Source: the human T2T-CHM13v2.0 reference genome, Homo sapiens. From it: a stretch of DNA of 64,000 nucleotides. Made by a program: the position numbers and the translations under genes. Positions 13,870 to 28,855 of this stretch are shown piece by piece. Below the pieces are notes generated by a model, which was given only the letters and a program-made list of their open reading frames with translations, had not been told where the DNA came from and did no database searches. The stretch lies in the NCBI RefSeq assembly GCF_009914755.1, contig NC_060929.1; one strand, 5' to 3'. Numbering within the stretch: the first letter of the stretch is position 1; each line of letters opens with the position of its first letter.

Positions 13870-14465
13870 CTGTTGTGCTAGTGGAAGTATAAAATGGTGC
13901 AACTGTCTGGGAAAGGAGTTTGGCAGTCTCTTAAAAAGTTAAACATATATTTAACATATGACCCAATACTGGTATTTGCTGAAGGGAAATAAAAGCTTAT
14001 GTGCATAAGAAAGACTTTCGCATTTTTATTCATGCAAACAGAAACAACAGGTGAATGGATAAATAATTTGTGGTATATTGATGTAATGAATTACTACTCA
14101 GTAATAAAATGGAATGAACTACTAACAACATGCACCAACATGGATGCATCTCATAGATATCATGCTGACATAAAGAAGCTGGACACAAGAATGTTTACAG
14201 CATGAGTCTGCTTATATGAAAGTCTAGAGGCAAAATTAATCAATAGTGACAGAAATCACATCAGTGGTTTCCTGGAGGCAAAGTGGGTGTTGGGTGGGGG
14301 ACTGACTGCAAAGGGGCACAGAATTCTGGGGAGGTGGAAATGTTTTATATATTTATTGGGATGATGGTTACGCAGGTGTATACATTTGTCAAAAGCATTC
14401 AACTTATAGCCTTAAAAATTTTTATTATATGTAAATTATATCTCAATAAAGTTGATTTTTTAAAA
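13870..14465 (+). mobile_element. L1ME-type 3' fragment
   Basis: tttggcagtctcttaaaaagttaaacata; ggtgaatggataaat; ggttacgcaggtgtatacatttgtcaaa; gtaaattatatctcaataaagttg. Confidence 0.75.
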
Positions 14466-15003
14466 AATATAAGATTAGAAGGCAGTATACATTAAGAAAC
14501 AAAAACAATCTCATCCATCTCAGTTCCCTCCATCCCCCAAGAGTTTTCTGTATCCAATGCTTGTTTCAGAAAGGATGTTTATATCCTGTTATTTTTCCTT
14601 AGTTGCAAGGTAGAATTTTGTTTATAAATGTCAAGTGGAAAAATTAGAAGACTTTAAAATAAAGCTATTAAGGATTTTTAAACCATCTTTTGGGTGAATC
14701 AGATTTCCTAGATATTTGAGGTTTTAAGAAAGGAGCATTCTTAAAATGCTATCTTCTAAAATAAATATTTACTTCCATATACCTTAAATACCATTTACTG
14801 AACATATTTAATCCTCTCTGAATGCCTCCAGGTCATCATTAGGAATATCAAAAGTTGTGCTATTCTGTAATACAGTGATGATTTCAAAGTTTATTACGGC
14901 ACAGAGGCTGTTTGCTTTTATGCTAACAGTGGCCTTAGAATACTGAGCTCTTTAAATTCTTGTATTTGCTTCTTTTCTGTTTCTCTCTTGTTGGGCTGTG
15001 AGA

Positions 15004-15006
<3 letters not shown>

Positions 15007-15052
<46 letters not shown>
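15007..15052. repeat. Poly(T)46 homopolymer
   Basis: Uninterrupted T run, counted directly. Confidence 0.95.
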
Positions 15053-15055
<3 letters not shown>

Positions 15056-15082
15056 ATTACCTATTTTCCTTTTTTTAAAGAA

Positions 15083-15192
15083 TTTTTTATTTTCATATGT
15101 TTTTGGGGAACAGGTGATTTGGTTACATGACTAAGTTCTTCAGTGGTGATTTGTGAGATTTTGGCGCACCCATCACCCTAGGAGTATACACT
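15083..15192 (-). mobile_element. Short L1PB-type 3' end
   Basis: tttttggggaacaggtg..ttggttacatgactaagttcttcagtggtgatttgtgagattttggcgcacccatcacc; flanked by cctattt-like direct repeats. Confidence 0.8.
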
Positions 15193-15510
15193 CCTATTTG
15201 TTTTTCTATTGGAGTTGTTTTCCTCTCTTTTAATCTGCTAAGATAATCAAGTTAACAGAACTATATGTAGAACAGTGATCCCCAGCTATTGATTTTCAAT
15301 CCAGCAATTGATTGGTTTCAAAAGAATCAACTGGAAAATTGTTAAAACTTACAGATGCCCAGACCCCATCCTTGGTGATTCTATTATCTAATTTGGCATA
15401 CACGATATGCGATTCTTGTAAAAATATGTGCGTGTCTGAACAAATGTAAAAGTAGAGAAAACAGTGTAATGAACCACTACATATTCATCACCCTGCTTCA
15501 AAAATACTCA

Positions 15511-15820
<310 letters not shown>

Positions 15821-15851
15821 TCATCTATCTGCCCCCTCCTCTTTTTTTGCA

Positions 15852-15915
15852 CTAGAGCTGGGATTGGCAAACTGTAACCCCATAGACCACATCCAACCTG
15901 CTGCCTGTGTTTTAA
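15852..15915. mobile_element. MER58-like hAT-Charlie terminus
   Basis: gggattggcaaactgtaacccca...ccacatccaacctgctgcctgtgtttt. Confidence 0.5.
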
Positions 15916-17245
15916 AAATTGAGATATAATTAATATAACACATCATAAAACTCACTCTCTTAAAATATACAATTCAGTGGTTTTTAGCATTTTACAACAT
16001 TGTGCAACCATCACCATTATCTAATTCCAGGGCATTATCATCACCCCAGAAGAAACCCCACACCCATTAGCAGTCACTCATTCTCCCCTTCCACCAGCCC
16101 CGGGCAACCACTAATCAACTTTGTCTCTCTGGCTTTATCTACTCTGGATATTTCATGTAAATGGAATTATACAATATGTGGCTTTTGGTGTCTGGCTTCT
16201 TTCACTTAGCTTAATGTTTTCAAGGTTCATCTATGTTGTAGAATGCACCAGTACTTTGTTCCTTTTCATGGTTGACCATTTCACATTTTGTTTGTTCATT
16301 CATCAGTTGGACAGTTGGGTTGTTTCCACATACATTTTCAATTCTACTGGGTATGCACCTAGGAGTGGAATTGCTAGGTCATATGGTGACTATTGTTTAG
16401 CTTTTTGAGGAACTGCCAAACTATTTCCCAAAGTGGCCACACCACTTTACATTTCCATCAGCAATGTATAAGGGTTCCGGTTTCTCCAAATTCTTGTCAA
16501 TATTTGTTATTGTTTATCTTTTTGATTCTATCCATCTTAGTGGATGTGAAATGGCATCTCATTGTGTTTATTTGCATTTCCCTAATGACTAAAGAGGCTG
16601 AGCATCTTTTCATGTGCTTATTGGTCATATGTATACCTTCTTTGGAGAAATGCCTATTCAAATCTTTTGTCCAGTTTTCAATTGGGTTATTATTATTTTT
16701 GAGGCAGAGTCTCGCTCTGTTGCCCATGCTGGAGTGCAGTGGTGGGTTCTTGGCTCACTGCAACCTCCACCTCCTGGGTTCAAGTGATTCTCGTGTGTAG
16801 TCTCCAGAGTAGCTGGGATTACAGGTGTACCCCAGCAAGCCCAGCTAATTTTTGTATTTTAAGTAGATACAGGGTTTCGCCATGTTGGCCTGGCTGGTCT
16901 TGAACTCTACCCAGGCCTCCCAAAGTGCTGGGATTACCGGTGTGAGCTACCGTGCCTAGCCTATTTTTTTCAACTATTAAGTTGTAAGAATTCTTTATAT
17001 GTTCTGGATACTAGACTCTTTTCAGATAAGTGATATGCAAATATTTCCTTCCATCCTATGGGCTGTGTTTTCACTTTCTATCTTGAAATAGTCCTTTAAA
17101 GCACAAAGTTTCAAATTTTAATTATTTTTTCTTTCATTGCTTGTGCTTTAGGTGGCATATCTAAGAAACCATTGCCTAATCCAAGATCATGAAGATTTAC
17201 ATGTGTTTTCTTATGAGTTTTATATTTTAGCTCTTACAATTAGTT
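15915..17245 (-). mobile_element. L1MB-type 3' UTR and ORF2 end, interrupted by an Alu
   Basis: Antisense L1 3' end (tacaattcagtggttttta, tgtgcaaccatcacca); ORF 16497-16727 gives L1 ORF2-like WTKDLNRHFSKE..HMKRCSASLVIREMQI. Confidence 0.88.
16687..16961 (-). mobile_element. AluS, diverged, with a deletion in the left arm
   Basis: Reverse Alu inside the L1; gaactct joins almost directly to ggcctcccaaagtg. Confidence 0.88.
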
Positions 17246-17798
17246 CTTATGCATCTGAATTTTTAAAAAACTTATGTACTTCTAAGGTACAACTAATTTT
17301 AGAAAGTAAGAGTGAGTAGATTTTGATGGCCTCCAAGAGTTTAGAAAAAGGTATGAGCTTTGATGCACAATTTTACCCAACATATATATGTTGGATGATT
17401 GGAACTTTTTTTGGTCTACTTTAGGGTTTTTTGCTCTTTTGCAGCAGACAGCTGGGTTGTCCAGAGAGCTGATTCTGGAAAGGTGTATATTACTATTTAG
17501 GTAAATGGTCAGCTTCTAGTATCAGCAAAATAAAATACTCCAAACATGTTTAGGAGGAGCCCCTTACAGTCCCAAGTTTAAAAACACAGACTGTTATTTT
17601 AAGACATTTTCTATGTATAGAGCCCCACAGTTCTAACACAGGTATTTGGAAATGTAGAGAAAAGGAAGCAAAAATCAGCAGCTGGGACTTAGTTTCCAAC
17701 CAAGGGAGGATGGCATGGATGGCTGCACTTCTTTCATTTGCAGACATAACCACAAACCATCAGTTGCTGGTTGACAGTTTGTTCTGGAGATGTGAGGC

Positions 17799-17976
17799 CA
17801 GTGGTTCTTAAACTTGAGCGAGCATTAGAATCACCTGGAGAGTTTATAAAAACCCAGATTCCTGACCCCCATCTGCAGAGATTCTGCTACAGGAGGCTGG
17901 GGTGGGGCCATTAATTTGCATTTCTAATAGGCTTCCAGATGCTGCTGGCCCTAAGACCACACTCTGAGTAGCACTA
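17799..17976 (+). mobile_element. MER5A (hAT-Charlie MITE)
   Basis: cagtggttcttaaacttgagcgagcattagaatcacctggag...tttgcatttctaa...gaccacactctgagtagcact. Confidence 0.85.
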
Positions 17977-18176
17977 CTTTAGATACATGGGCCAACCATC
18001 TCGCCCTGGTGCTTACCAAACATTGACCAAGCAAACATGAAGCTAGGTGACTCTCCTTGGGGATGAATATGATAATAATCTACTGAGAAATTCAAGAGGC
18101 TGTAAGTATCCCAATTTCATTAAAATTTCTAACCATTGGTGATGTCATTTCAGGTTCCAGGCTTATGCTCTTTTTC

Positions 18177-18493
18177 TTCTTCTTTTTTCTTTTTTTTTTA
18201 ATTTTTTTATTTTTGAGACAGTTTTGCTCTGTCACTAGGCTGGAGTGCAGTGGGGCAATATGAGCTCACTGCTTCCTCTGCCTCCCGGGTTCAAATGATT
18301 ATCCTGCCTCAGCCTCCCAGATAGCTGGGATTACGGGCACATGCCACCACACCTGGCTAACTTTTGTATTTTTAGTAGAGACAGAGTTTCGCCATGTTAG
18401 CCAGGCTGGTCTCGAACTCCTGACCTCAGATGATACACCCACCTCAGCCTCCCAACGTGCTGGGATTACAGGTGTGAGCCACTGCGCCCAGCT
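18177..18493 (-). mobile_element. AluS
   Basis: Reverse Alu; perfect TSD ggcttatgctctttttc at 18160-18176 and 18494-18510. Confidence 0.95.
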
Positions 18494-19272
18494 GGCTTAT
18501 GCTCTTTTTCTAAAAATTTGTCCACTTAGGAAAGTGTCTTGATTTCAATAAAATTAGCATGGATTAAATTACTTTTTTTCTTTTTTTTTTTTCTTTTGGT
18601 ATTTGATCTTGCTCGATGAATGTGGACATCAGCTATGGGTTAGGAATGCTATTCAGGAACATCTAATGTGTTTGTGATAATGTATTTGACTTGTGGCCAA
18701 ATGGTACTCTTGAGAGATGTGGTTGTGACTTTGACAGATTAAGCCAAAGTTAAATTCTGATGAAGTGCAAAGGAATTTTATCGGTCCCAGGATGGTTGCC
18801 AACTGTGTTGGGCAAAAGAGTGATTTTCCAAAAAGGTCCAGAGCAATCCGCATGTATTCTGTCACCTCTACTTCCAGTTTCTTCAAAGGCCAGCCAAAAG
18901 CTTCATTTTCCTACTTCCTGTCATTTCCAAAACCACAGCTTAAACCTGAAAAACAAATGGGAAGCTGTGTTCCTGCCTCTTATGATTGCTGCCACTTACA
19001 AACCAGCAAGAACAGAGCACAGCAAGCAGAGGAGAGTTCAGTCTTGCTGATGTCACATGAAGCAGAATGAGGACTCTGCTTGTTTGGCTCCTGAGTTTAA
19101 AAGATAAGTAGACAATTTATTGTTGGTAGGTTGAGAAAATTCAAGAACAGAGAGAAATCTGACAGTCTGGCCATAAGAAGAAATTTTTGCATTTATGTTC
19201 TTATAGCCATACCTGAAGTCAACTAATTACGTTTGGAGAGAAGTAGAATGCTTGCTTTAAGAAGAAAAAACA

Positions 19273-19629
<357 letters not shown>

Positions 19630-21984
19630 CTATTGTACCTTAAGCTGTGCTCTAACTTCATTAGCAGGCTCTAGGCCTCTCTCCCAGAGATCACCCATGG
19701 GAGGGATCCAGCTTCCTTCACTCAGCAGCTCTTACACTGCTCCCAGGAGGAAGGAAGCATTTTGTTTTAAAGAGACTGCAACACAACCCAAAGGAAAGAC
19801 AGTTATCTTAGTGTCCATATGTCCACAAGAGGAAAATGTGGGTGTAGCATTTTAATCCCAGTAAGTGACAATTAGTCACTAGGCTTCTAAGAAGTTTGAC
19901 ACTGTTATTCCTCTCCCCCTTTTCTAAATTGCAAGGGTAATACTGCATTTGCACAGAAACCATGCTAACTGGCTAGCTACTTCATTAAATTACCATATGA
20001 TTCTTATTTTATGGGTACAAAATAGTTGATCTCAGTGAACCGGCAACTTAGAAACTTAGGAGGCAAATTAGAGCAATTACTAATAAATTATACATGTGGT
20101 AACTAACAATTTGTCTATCACCTAGAAATATGAGAAAAAACTGCCAGACTCCCTGGCTCTGCAATTCTGAACAAGTCTTTTCATTTTTTTCTTTTCCAAG
20201 ACCAAAAGCTGTCATTATCCACACCAGTTATACCATTACTCTTGCTGCTTTCACAGAGTCCAACATTTATAATACAAAGTTAGGAGTACAACGAGTGGGA
20301 TTTGCATTCTGTTTGGAACAGAGTGTTTGACTGCTTAAAATTAAAGAACTAAAAAAAAAAAAAAAAAAAAATTCCCAGAACCTCAAATCACCCCCTAAAA
20401 ACCAGGAAGTGAGATTCATGTTAGCTTTCCCTAAGTAAGTTTATGGAAGAGATAATGGCAAGAGGTAGGGGCAAAGTATCTGTTCATTCATAATCACTAC
20501 TGTGCTTCGTTTCTGGGCAAGGTAGTCTGATGAAATTAAAGGAAGTTCTGTGTTACAAGTCATGTGCTTTTATGGGGGAGGAGGTGAGATGAGGTCAATT
20601 AACAAGATATGATCTTTCTCTTCTCTCCCTGCTTGTCTCACCCAGGCCTCGGGTGTGCCATTCAACATGAAAGGTGTTGATGCCATTCATTAATTGAGGG
20701 TCAGATTCCTCTATCAGCATATTCCTCCCATCTGAGACTGCCTTACCTCCATCCACTTCCACCCCCAACAGGTTTCATTTTCTGCAGCTGCTGTCAAGAG
20801 CTACGTGGAGGAAGAGAGTGGTTTTAACAACTGCATGCTCAAATTTATTCTCACTGGCCTCTTGTTTGAAGGAAGTCCAATGTCTAGACCCTGGATGTTG
20901 AAACAGGATGTAAAAAAAACACCAAAAAAACCCTGTATATTTGAGAGAGTTTTGAAACCCATCCCAAATACACTCCAGCAATGGAGAAAAATTTGATTTT
21001 GGCATAATTTATATACCACATTTCTCCCCGTACCCAACAAAAGTGTATGCTAATGTCTCTATATCACATGATATATCAGTTTAAAATATTCTTTCTCTTT
21101 GCCTTTGTTCGTAGTCTCATTTCCACTTTTACTTAAAATTTTAATATCTTCTCCCCAGGTTCTTTATTTATTTTTGCTATATGCCTGAATATAAGACCTA
21201 ATTCCATGTCACCAATATCTCCCTTGAGAAGCACTGATGTTAAGTAGAATAAAATGTAATCAACACTCATTGTTTCCTACCAGGACAACAGTAGGGTTTA
21301 AAACAAAACCAACCTCGTTATGAATTCCAAACGCCCTTCTAAATAACTCTGGGTGCCATTTCACAACCTGACCTGCATAGTTCCTTTAGGCTGCTGTGGG
21401 AGTTGTGACTATCCTGTGTCCACGTTTGCATGCTAGGTTGCACTAACCCAGTAAACACATTCTGTATCAGCCTGCAGTTTGTGGAGGTCCGAGCACAACG
21501 CATGGAATTCCACCTCTCTGGGGTTCCTGCCAGGTGGAGCAATCCAGAAGTATAGCTTCCACCTGTAGGGGAGGCGCCTGCAAACCTGGCAGCTCTGAGG
21601 TCACACTGCTCTTAATTCAGACCACATCTGAGCTCACCTAGCTAGATGCTAAAGCAGACAATTGCAGAAGTGCAGAGGGTGGCAGAGAGAATTTGGGGGC
21701 AATGATCCTCAACTCTCACATTCCTTTTGACTAAAATGCATTGTAATGACTCTACCTACTTCAGTAGTGCTAGGAAAGAGATGTGGATTACTGCTTCTGT
21801 GCAATGATAAAGCAGTAAGTTATCCGTATTAGTAAGAACATATATACGTTTTTGTAGTTCATCACCATCCAAATTGCCTAAGGTGATGGCCATAAAGAAC
21901 ATTATTTTCAGGCATAAATATAAGTTGGAGACTGAAGGATCTGTAAGAGGAATACTTTCTATCCAGAATATTAAGCAAAATCTA

Positions 21985-22296
<312 letters not shown>

Positions 22297-22946
22297 GCAA
22301 AATCTATTTTTTAAAGTGAGGTGCCCAGAATGAAGAAAAGATGGATGGGGACCCTTCCCTCCCTCAAGCAGGTCAGATTGCTGGGAATGATGGTCCAGGC
22401 TCCTGGCCCCCATCCTTTCCTGTCAAGGCTACACCTAAGTGAGGGTAAAAAATCCTGGAGAAAACCACTGCAGGAGGCAGAAGCCTCCCCAGTGTGTCCT
22501 ACTTCTGAATTCTGTTATTGGACCAAAAGAGCCCTCTGCTCTTCTCCTCCATATTTTTCACTGTTGCTCTCTGGGTAATCAGAGGCAGAGGGAAAAAAAA
22601 GTAACCTTTCCTGATACTCTTGCCCTTGTATTTTGTTCAAAACTCTCTGTTACCAAAGGAATGATTAGGAACCTCAGTTGGAGGTTCTGAAATCAAAATC
22701 ATTGCGTTGATCAAAGGTAGGGCCTTTCTAGCACTGTTTGTCAGATGAACTCATTTAAAAGTGGATTTCAGGGAATCTTGACCAAGATTTCAGATCACCA
22801 CACACAAGTTACGGAGACTGTGTTTACTCAGACAATAAGAAAGTACATCTCTTTCTGTAACCTAAACTCTGCTTCTTATTAAGTTTTTACATGTTCAGTC
22901 ATGCTTTGAGCATTACTTTATTCCAATAAATTAATTTTATCTGTGA

Positions 22947-23354
<408 letters not shown>

Positions 23355-23454
23355 GAAGTGGGATATAATATTGTAACAATGAAATTTTACTATTACATTT
23401 TCATGTGTTCACATATATAGTTGAAAAAAATTTTTTTATTAAGTTTTCTTCTCT

Positions 23455-23640
23455 TTTTAATTGACACAAAATTATACATATTTCTGGTGTACAATGAGAT
23501 GTTTGATATACATTGTACAAGGATCAAATCAGGGTAATTAACAAATCCACCACCTCAAACATTAATCATTTCTTTGTAGTAAAAACATTCAAAATCCTCT
23601 CTTCTAGCTATCAAGTTATTTTGTAATTTGTGTAATATTC
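23455..23640 (-). mobile_element. L1MA-type 3' end fragment
   Basis: gatcaaatcagggtaatta...cacctcaaacattaatcatttctttgt...aacattcaaaatcctctcttctagctat. Confidence 0.75.
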
Positions 23641-25659
23641 TGGTAAAACGGCCTAAACTGGGGTCATATTTCCTCATCAGCCGCATTCTGCTAATGCCAG
23701 ATGCCCTGGGAAGATCTTCACTGCCATCTTGGAAGGATGCAGAATGTGGTGATGAGGAAGCCATTCTCCCAGGTACAGCAAAGGCAGAGTCTGTTGGCAA
23801 CCCACCTGAAGGGCAGTAGACTTCTAAATAGCGAGTTGAGGTCCATGTGGGTGAAGCTAAAACCCAGAACACTTTTACTGGCTAAAAATCATGATGATTC
23901 AAAACTCAAACCTTCACATGGATGCACCCAAAGTGAATCAACAAAATTTAAAGTCCTTTGAATAGATCAATCTTCTCTAACTAGAAAACAGACCTCATTT
24001 TCTCTCTTTGCCATATCATATTCCCAGTAGGCCTGTGCCAATGCCTCTTTGGGTTTCTTTCACTCCCTTTGCAGCTGTTCTTTTGTTCCTGTCTCTCTTT
24101 TGTGGCTCCCCAGGGTGATGTGCAAAAAAGCTCCTTCAACCAGGTTTCCACTGTCTTTTTTTCCTACTTAGGATAATGTTCTCCTGCTATCACCCAGGGA
24201 ATGACATAGAGGGATCTTTCTCCTTCTATATTCATGCAGCTGAGGCACATCTTCATTCTTTTTGTTAATCTTTTTTTCCCAGTTAAGATACATTTTTGTT
24301 ATGTCCTCTATGGGACACACCTGGGTGTCCATACTACAGTGTGGAGGACCTTGAGGGTAAAATTATCCACAGCCCAGTGGAGTTTGGACACAAAATCTTA
24401 CATGACTCGATCAATTTCACTTTGCATTTTGCCAGCCCTGAACCTAGGAATCATTCTGTCTTCTTGTTAGCTTACTCTGGTTTCAAATCTAGGTACAAGT
24501 CAAACTCTCTTTCAGCTCCTCTGCTACTTGGTCTCCAGGTTCATTGCCTCTGCTTTGGGCTACCCTGGCTTCCTTGCAGAACTATCTGACCCTCTACTGG
24601 GGCACTCAGCCCCTGTGTGGTTTCCAAAAGCTGAGCCTCTGTATTTCCTTTCTATCTATCTAGACCTCTTCACATCCTTGACCTGCCTTGGGGCCACCTC
24701 AGACCTGGGGTGGCTGATTAGTTGTCTCCCCACCCAGCTGAGGTCACCATGGCTTTCTCCTATCTCCTGTTTCTGAGGTCAGGAGCTGAAATGACCCAAT
24801 TTCCTTCAGGAGCCCACTCTGGCATCTGCAGTTGCACACATGGCACCTGGCTCTCTCTCCCTCTGGGAATCCTCGCCCCGATCCTGGCAGCAGGGAGAGC
24901 CCCATTGGGCCCTCCACCTGCTCACGTGGCAGGCAGCCCACACATCCTGCCTGGAAATGCCCCCACAGTGATGCTTTCCTGATCTGGTTTACATCCACCG
25001 ATCCTGGGTTTGCTTCTTGGTCCCATCCTCCAAGACAATTCCTAGGAGCTTTGAAGAGAAAGGAAGGTCTATGTATATGAGAGGTGATGCCTGCTCTTAA
25101 TGCCCTGCTATCAGGCCACATTTGGAGGCACAGGTTTTATCAGTTTTGGCCAGACTGCTGTCCACCCAACATAATCAGCACGTACATGACTGAAGGCAGA
25201 GCTCTGCTCTAGGGCAACATGTTTTGGGTCCGAGGTAAATAGCAGATACAGAGGTGCTGAGGGGATCACATGAAGTCATGCTGCTGAAGTTACTGTTGCC
25301 CTGTACAAAGTCCTTTTTCATTTTTATAAGGACCCCAAGGCACAGCTTTGTTTTAGTAGTGGCTTATATAATTGACTCCCCTCTTTGCCTTGGCTGCTGG
25401 AAAGCTTAGCACCAAACCTGAAGGTCACCTAGGGCATAGAATAAACCTGAATGAATTTTTATAATAATCTTAATCACTGGTCCATTTTATATTCTTACCT
25501 TTCATTTTTCACTTCTACCCCCAACCCATCTACCTCTAATGTATATTTCCTTGCCAGCCACCTTAAGCCCTTCCTAAATCAAGGAATCGGCAAACATAAA
25601 ATAAGGTAAACAAACATAAAAATGGGGTTTTATGGAAAACTGAAACAGATCTCTTTCAC

Positions 25660-25965
25660 ACCGTTGCTTGGAAGATAAATTTCTAGAGAGCAATAACTAC
25701 TAAATATTACAATGCATATATTCATGACACAGAAATATCAATTCCAGAAATTTATCCTACAGTCATACTCATATAAGTGTGCAATATATGTTTGATTGCA
25801 GCTTGTTTATAATAGAAAAAAGAAAAAGAAATAAGGTAAGTGTACAGGAATGGCTAAACACAGCATGTTGCATGCATACAAGGCAACACTATTCGGCCAT
25901 TCCGAAATGCAAGATTAATATACATGTCCTAACATCAAGGATGCCTTCAATGTATTAAGTAAAAC
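25660..25965 (+). mobile_element. Degraded L1ME-type fragment
   Basis: caattccagaaatttatcctacag; tgtttgattgcagcttgtttataatag; approximate. Confidence 0.5.
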
Positions 25966-26919
25966 ACAAAGACATTTGTGATTAGGGGTACAAACAAAAA
26001 TTGTCATCCTTAGCATAGAGGCTTTCTCATAATTCAAGGCAGTATTAAGTAACTAACAGATATGAGAAAGCAAAATTGGAGAAGCTGAGGGAGCTATATT
26101 CTCTGAATTAGCACAAGTACAGAGCAAGAGTGTGGGGAAGGCAGGTAGAGCCGAGGAAAGATGAGGGGCTGGCCCCCAAGAGAAAGGCTTTGGCAGTTGA
26201 GTATTGTATGTTGGGAATCTTGTGATGTTTTGTCTTCACGTGGTGAGTTTTCTTTTCACTCTACCCCCAAAACCCTCAGTAAAACCTACCTTATTTTCCA
26301 ATACTTTTGCAGCTGGATTTATTTTGGAGGGAACTGATAAAGTACTACATGTGACCTAAAGGCCAGAAAGGGCCAAGGAGAGAGAGACTGCCCAGAGTGA
26401 CCAGCCCCATTCGGGTCACCAACCGATAATTAGGTCCCATGCAGAATTAGTTCTGGACATATTGGGAATGGAATGTTGAAGAGTAGGGAAAGAGTGGGGG
26501 AAAAAGAACAAAAAGCCAGATCAACCCTATGTGAAAGGATGTTTTGGCTTAGTAGATACTAAGGTTTCTTTTCATACCTAGATAACAGAGATTTATGAAA
26601 AAGGTGAAAGGATCACAGGAGAGAAGATAAGATGTCAGAGTGTCCACAATTAAACATGTGACAGATATATGAAGTACTCGTTCTGACTACATTAGTTGTT
26701 ACAGGCATATCAGCATTATCTAAGAAAAGAAAAAAGACGTTTTCTTCATTCAACATTCCCCTCACTGCCCACTGGACCTCTATGCAACTCGGCTTTTTGC
26801 TCTCACACAGAACTGCCCTGACTGTTTCTATGAGCGGCTCTCTCTCTTCTGTAACTGAGCACCTCTTTTGGAGCCACTGCTTTTATGTACTGTGTGACCA
26901 GCCCAGTGAGGAACTACAT

Positions 26920-27066
26920 GGAGCAGGCCTCATGGATGGGCTTCTGGGGCTCTCAGATCCCTGGAATGTTATGCAAACTATTGTGTACATACATTTTCTG
27001 GAGCAAGGGCTCTGGCTGAACTATCAATGGGAAGACTCCACTCCAGATGTCAAGAACCTTGGATTT
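26920..27066. mobile_element. Charlie4z-like hAT MITE relic
   Basis: catggatgggcttctgggg...catacattttctggag...gtcaagaaccttgg. Confidence 0.45.
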
Positions 27067-27753
27067 AGAAGTCTGATGTGGAACTCCCCTAAGAAAAATC
27101 CTATTATTGAAAACTTTTGTTACCTCTATCATATTTAGATATGTATATACATGTTTATTTCTCAAGGTAGGTGTTGCACACGGACTTTCCTTAATTTAAT
27201 ATGATGTTGTAATAACCTGGGGCTTTATCAGTCCTATTTATGTTTCAACAGTACAGTCATTCTGAGGGGCTTTTGTTTAGGTTGCTGACTCTACTTGTTA
27301 GCCCAGAATTTACTTCCTCAACCAGACTGCGGCTCTTTAGGACATGGACCACATGTTTCTGTGTTTTTGTATTTCTAAGGTCTAGCACAAAGCTTGGCAA
27401 ACATCTGGTACTTAACAAATAATAAGAGCTCACAATAACTGGGTATTCAGAGTATGTCACACACTGAGGTGTTTGTGATTTCATTCCTTATTTGATAGGT
27501 GAGGAAAACGAAGTCTTAAATGCAGATCCATTTTGGGAAGACTGTAAACCCTCGATGTCAACCACTCTATATAAATCTTGTTAAGGGAATGAATGCTGAA
27601 TGATGGTTAACACTTTCCATTATGTAGGTAAAGACACTAGGTATCAGCATGGGGGCAGGGCAGCTGCATCAGGAACTCAGGTTACCTGTCCTCCATTTAA
27701 GTGTGTTTTTCCTTAGAGTTTTCTAATTTTGAAATGGTCTTTATTCCTTATTA

Positions 27754-28095
<342 letters not shown>

Positions 28096-28251
28096 CTAAT
28101 TGAGCCTATTTCACCTGTCTCTGATTCCAGAACTCTTGTGTATAACAATCTTGCTCATTAGTGGATCAAACTTCTTACTGACACAGAGATGTCACCACGA
28201 ACATCTATAAGGAAAGCAAAATCTTTCCTCTTCTGCGCACCTTCTCTGTTG

Positions 28252-28855
<604 letters not shown>

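Noticed and set aside
17377-17394. Perfect 18-bp palindrome ccaacatatatatgttgg
   Set aside because: Core is (AT)n, which is self-complementary; no supporting context
21527-21580. CTCF-like motifs (ctgccaggtggagc; cctgtaggggaggcgc)
   Set aside because: Mismatches at core positions; not supportable without matrix scoring or ChIP data
21756-21900. Minus-strand peptide MFFMAITLGNLDGDELQKRIY... as a coding exon
   Set aside because: No family recognised, the ORF starts inside the AluYb8, and + strand splice signals fit better
23749-23811. C/D-box snoRNA (gtgatga ... ctga)
   Set aside because: No terminal stem flanking the boxes and no recognisable rRNA guide; the C-like box is better explained as a hairpin arm
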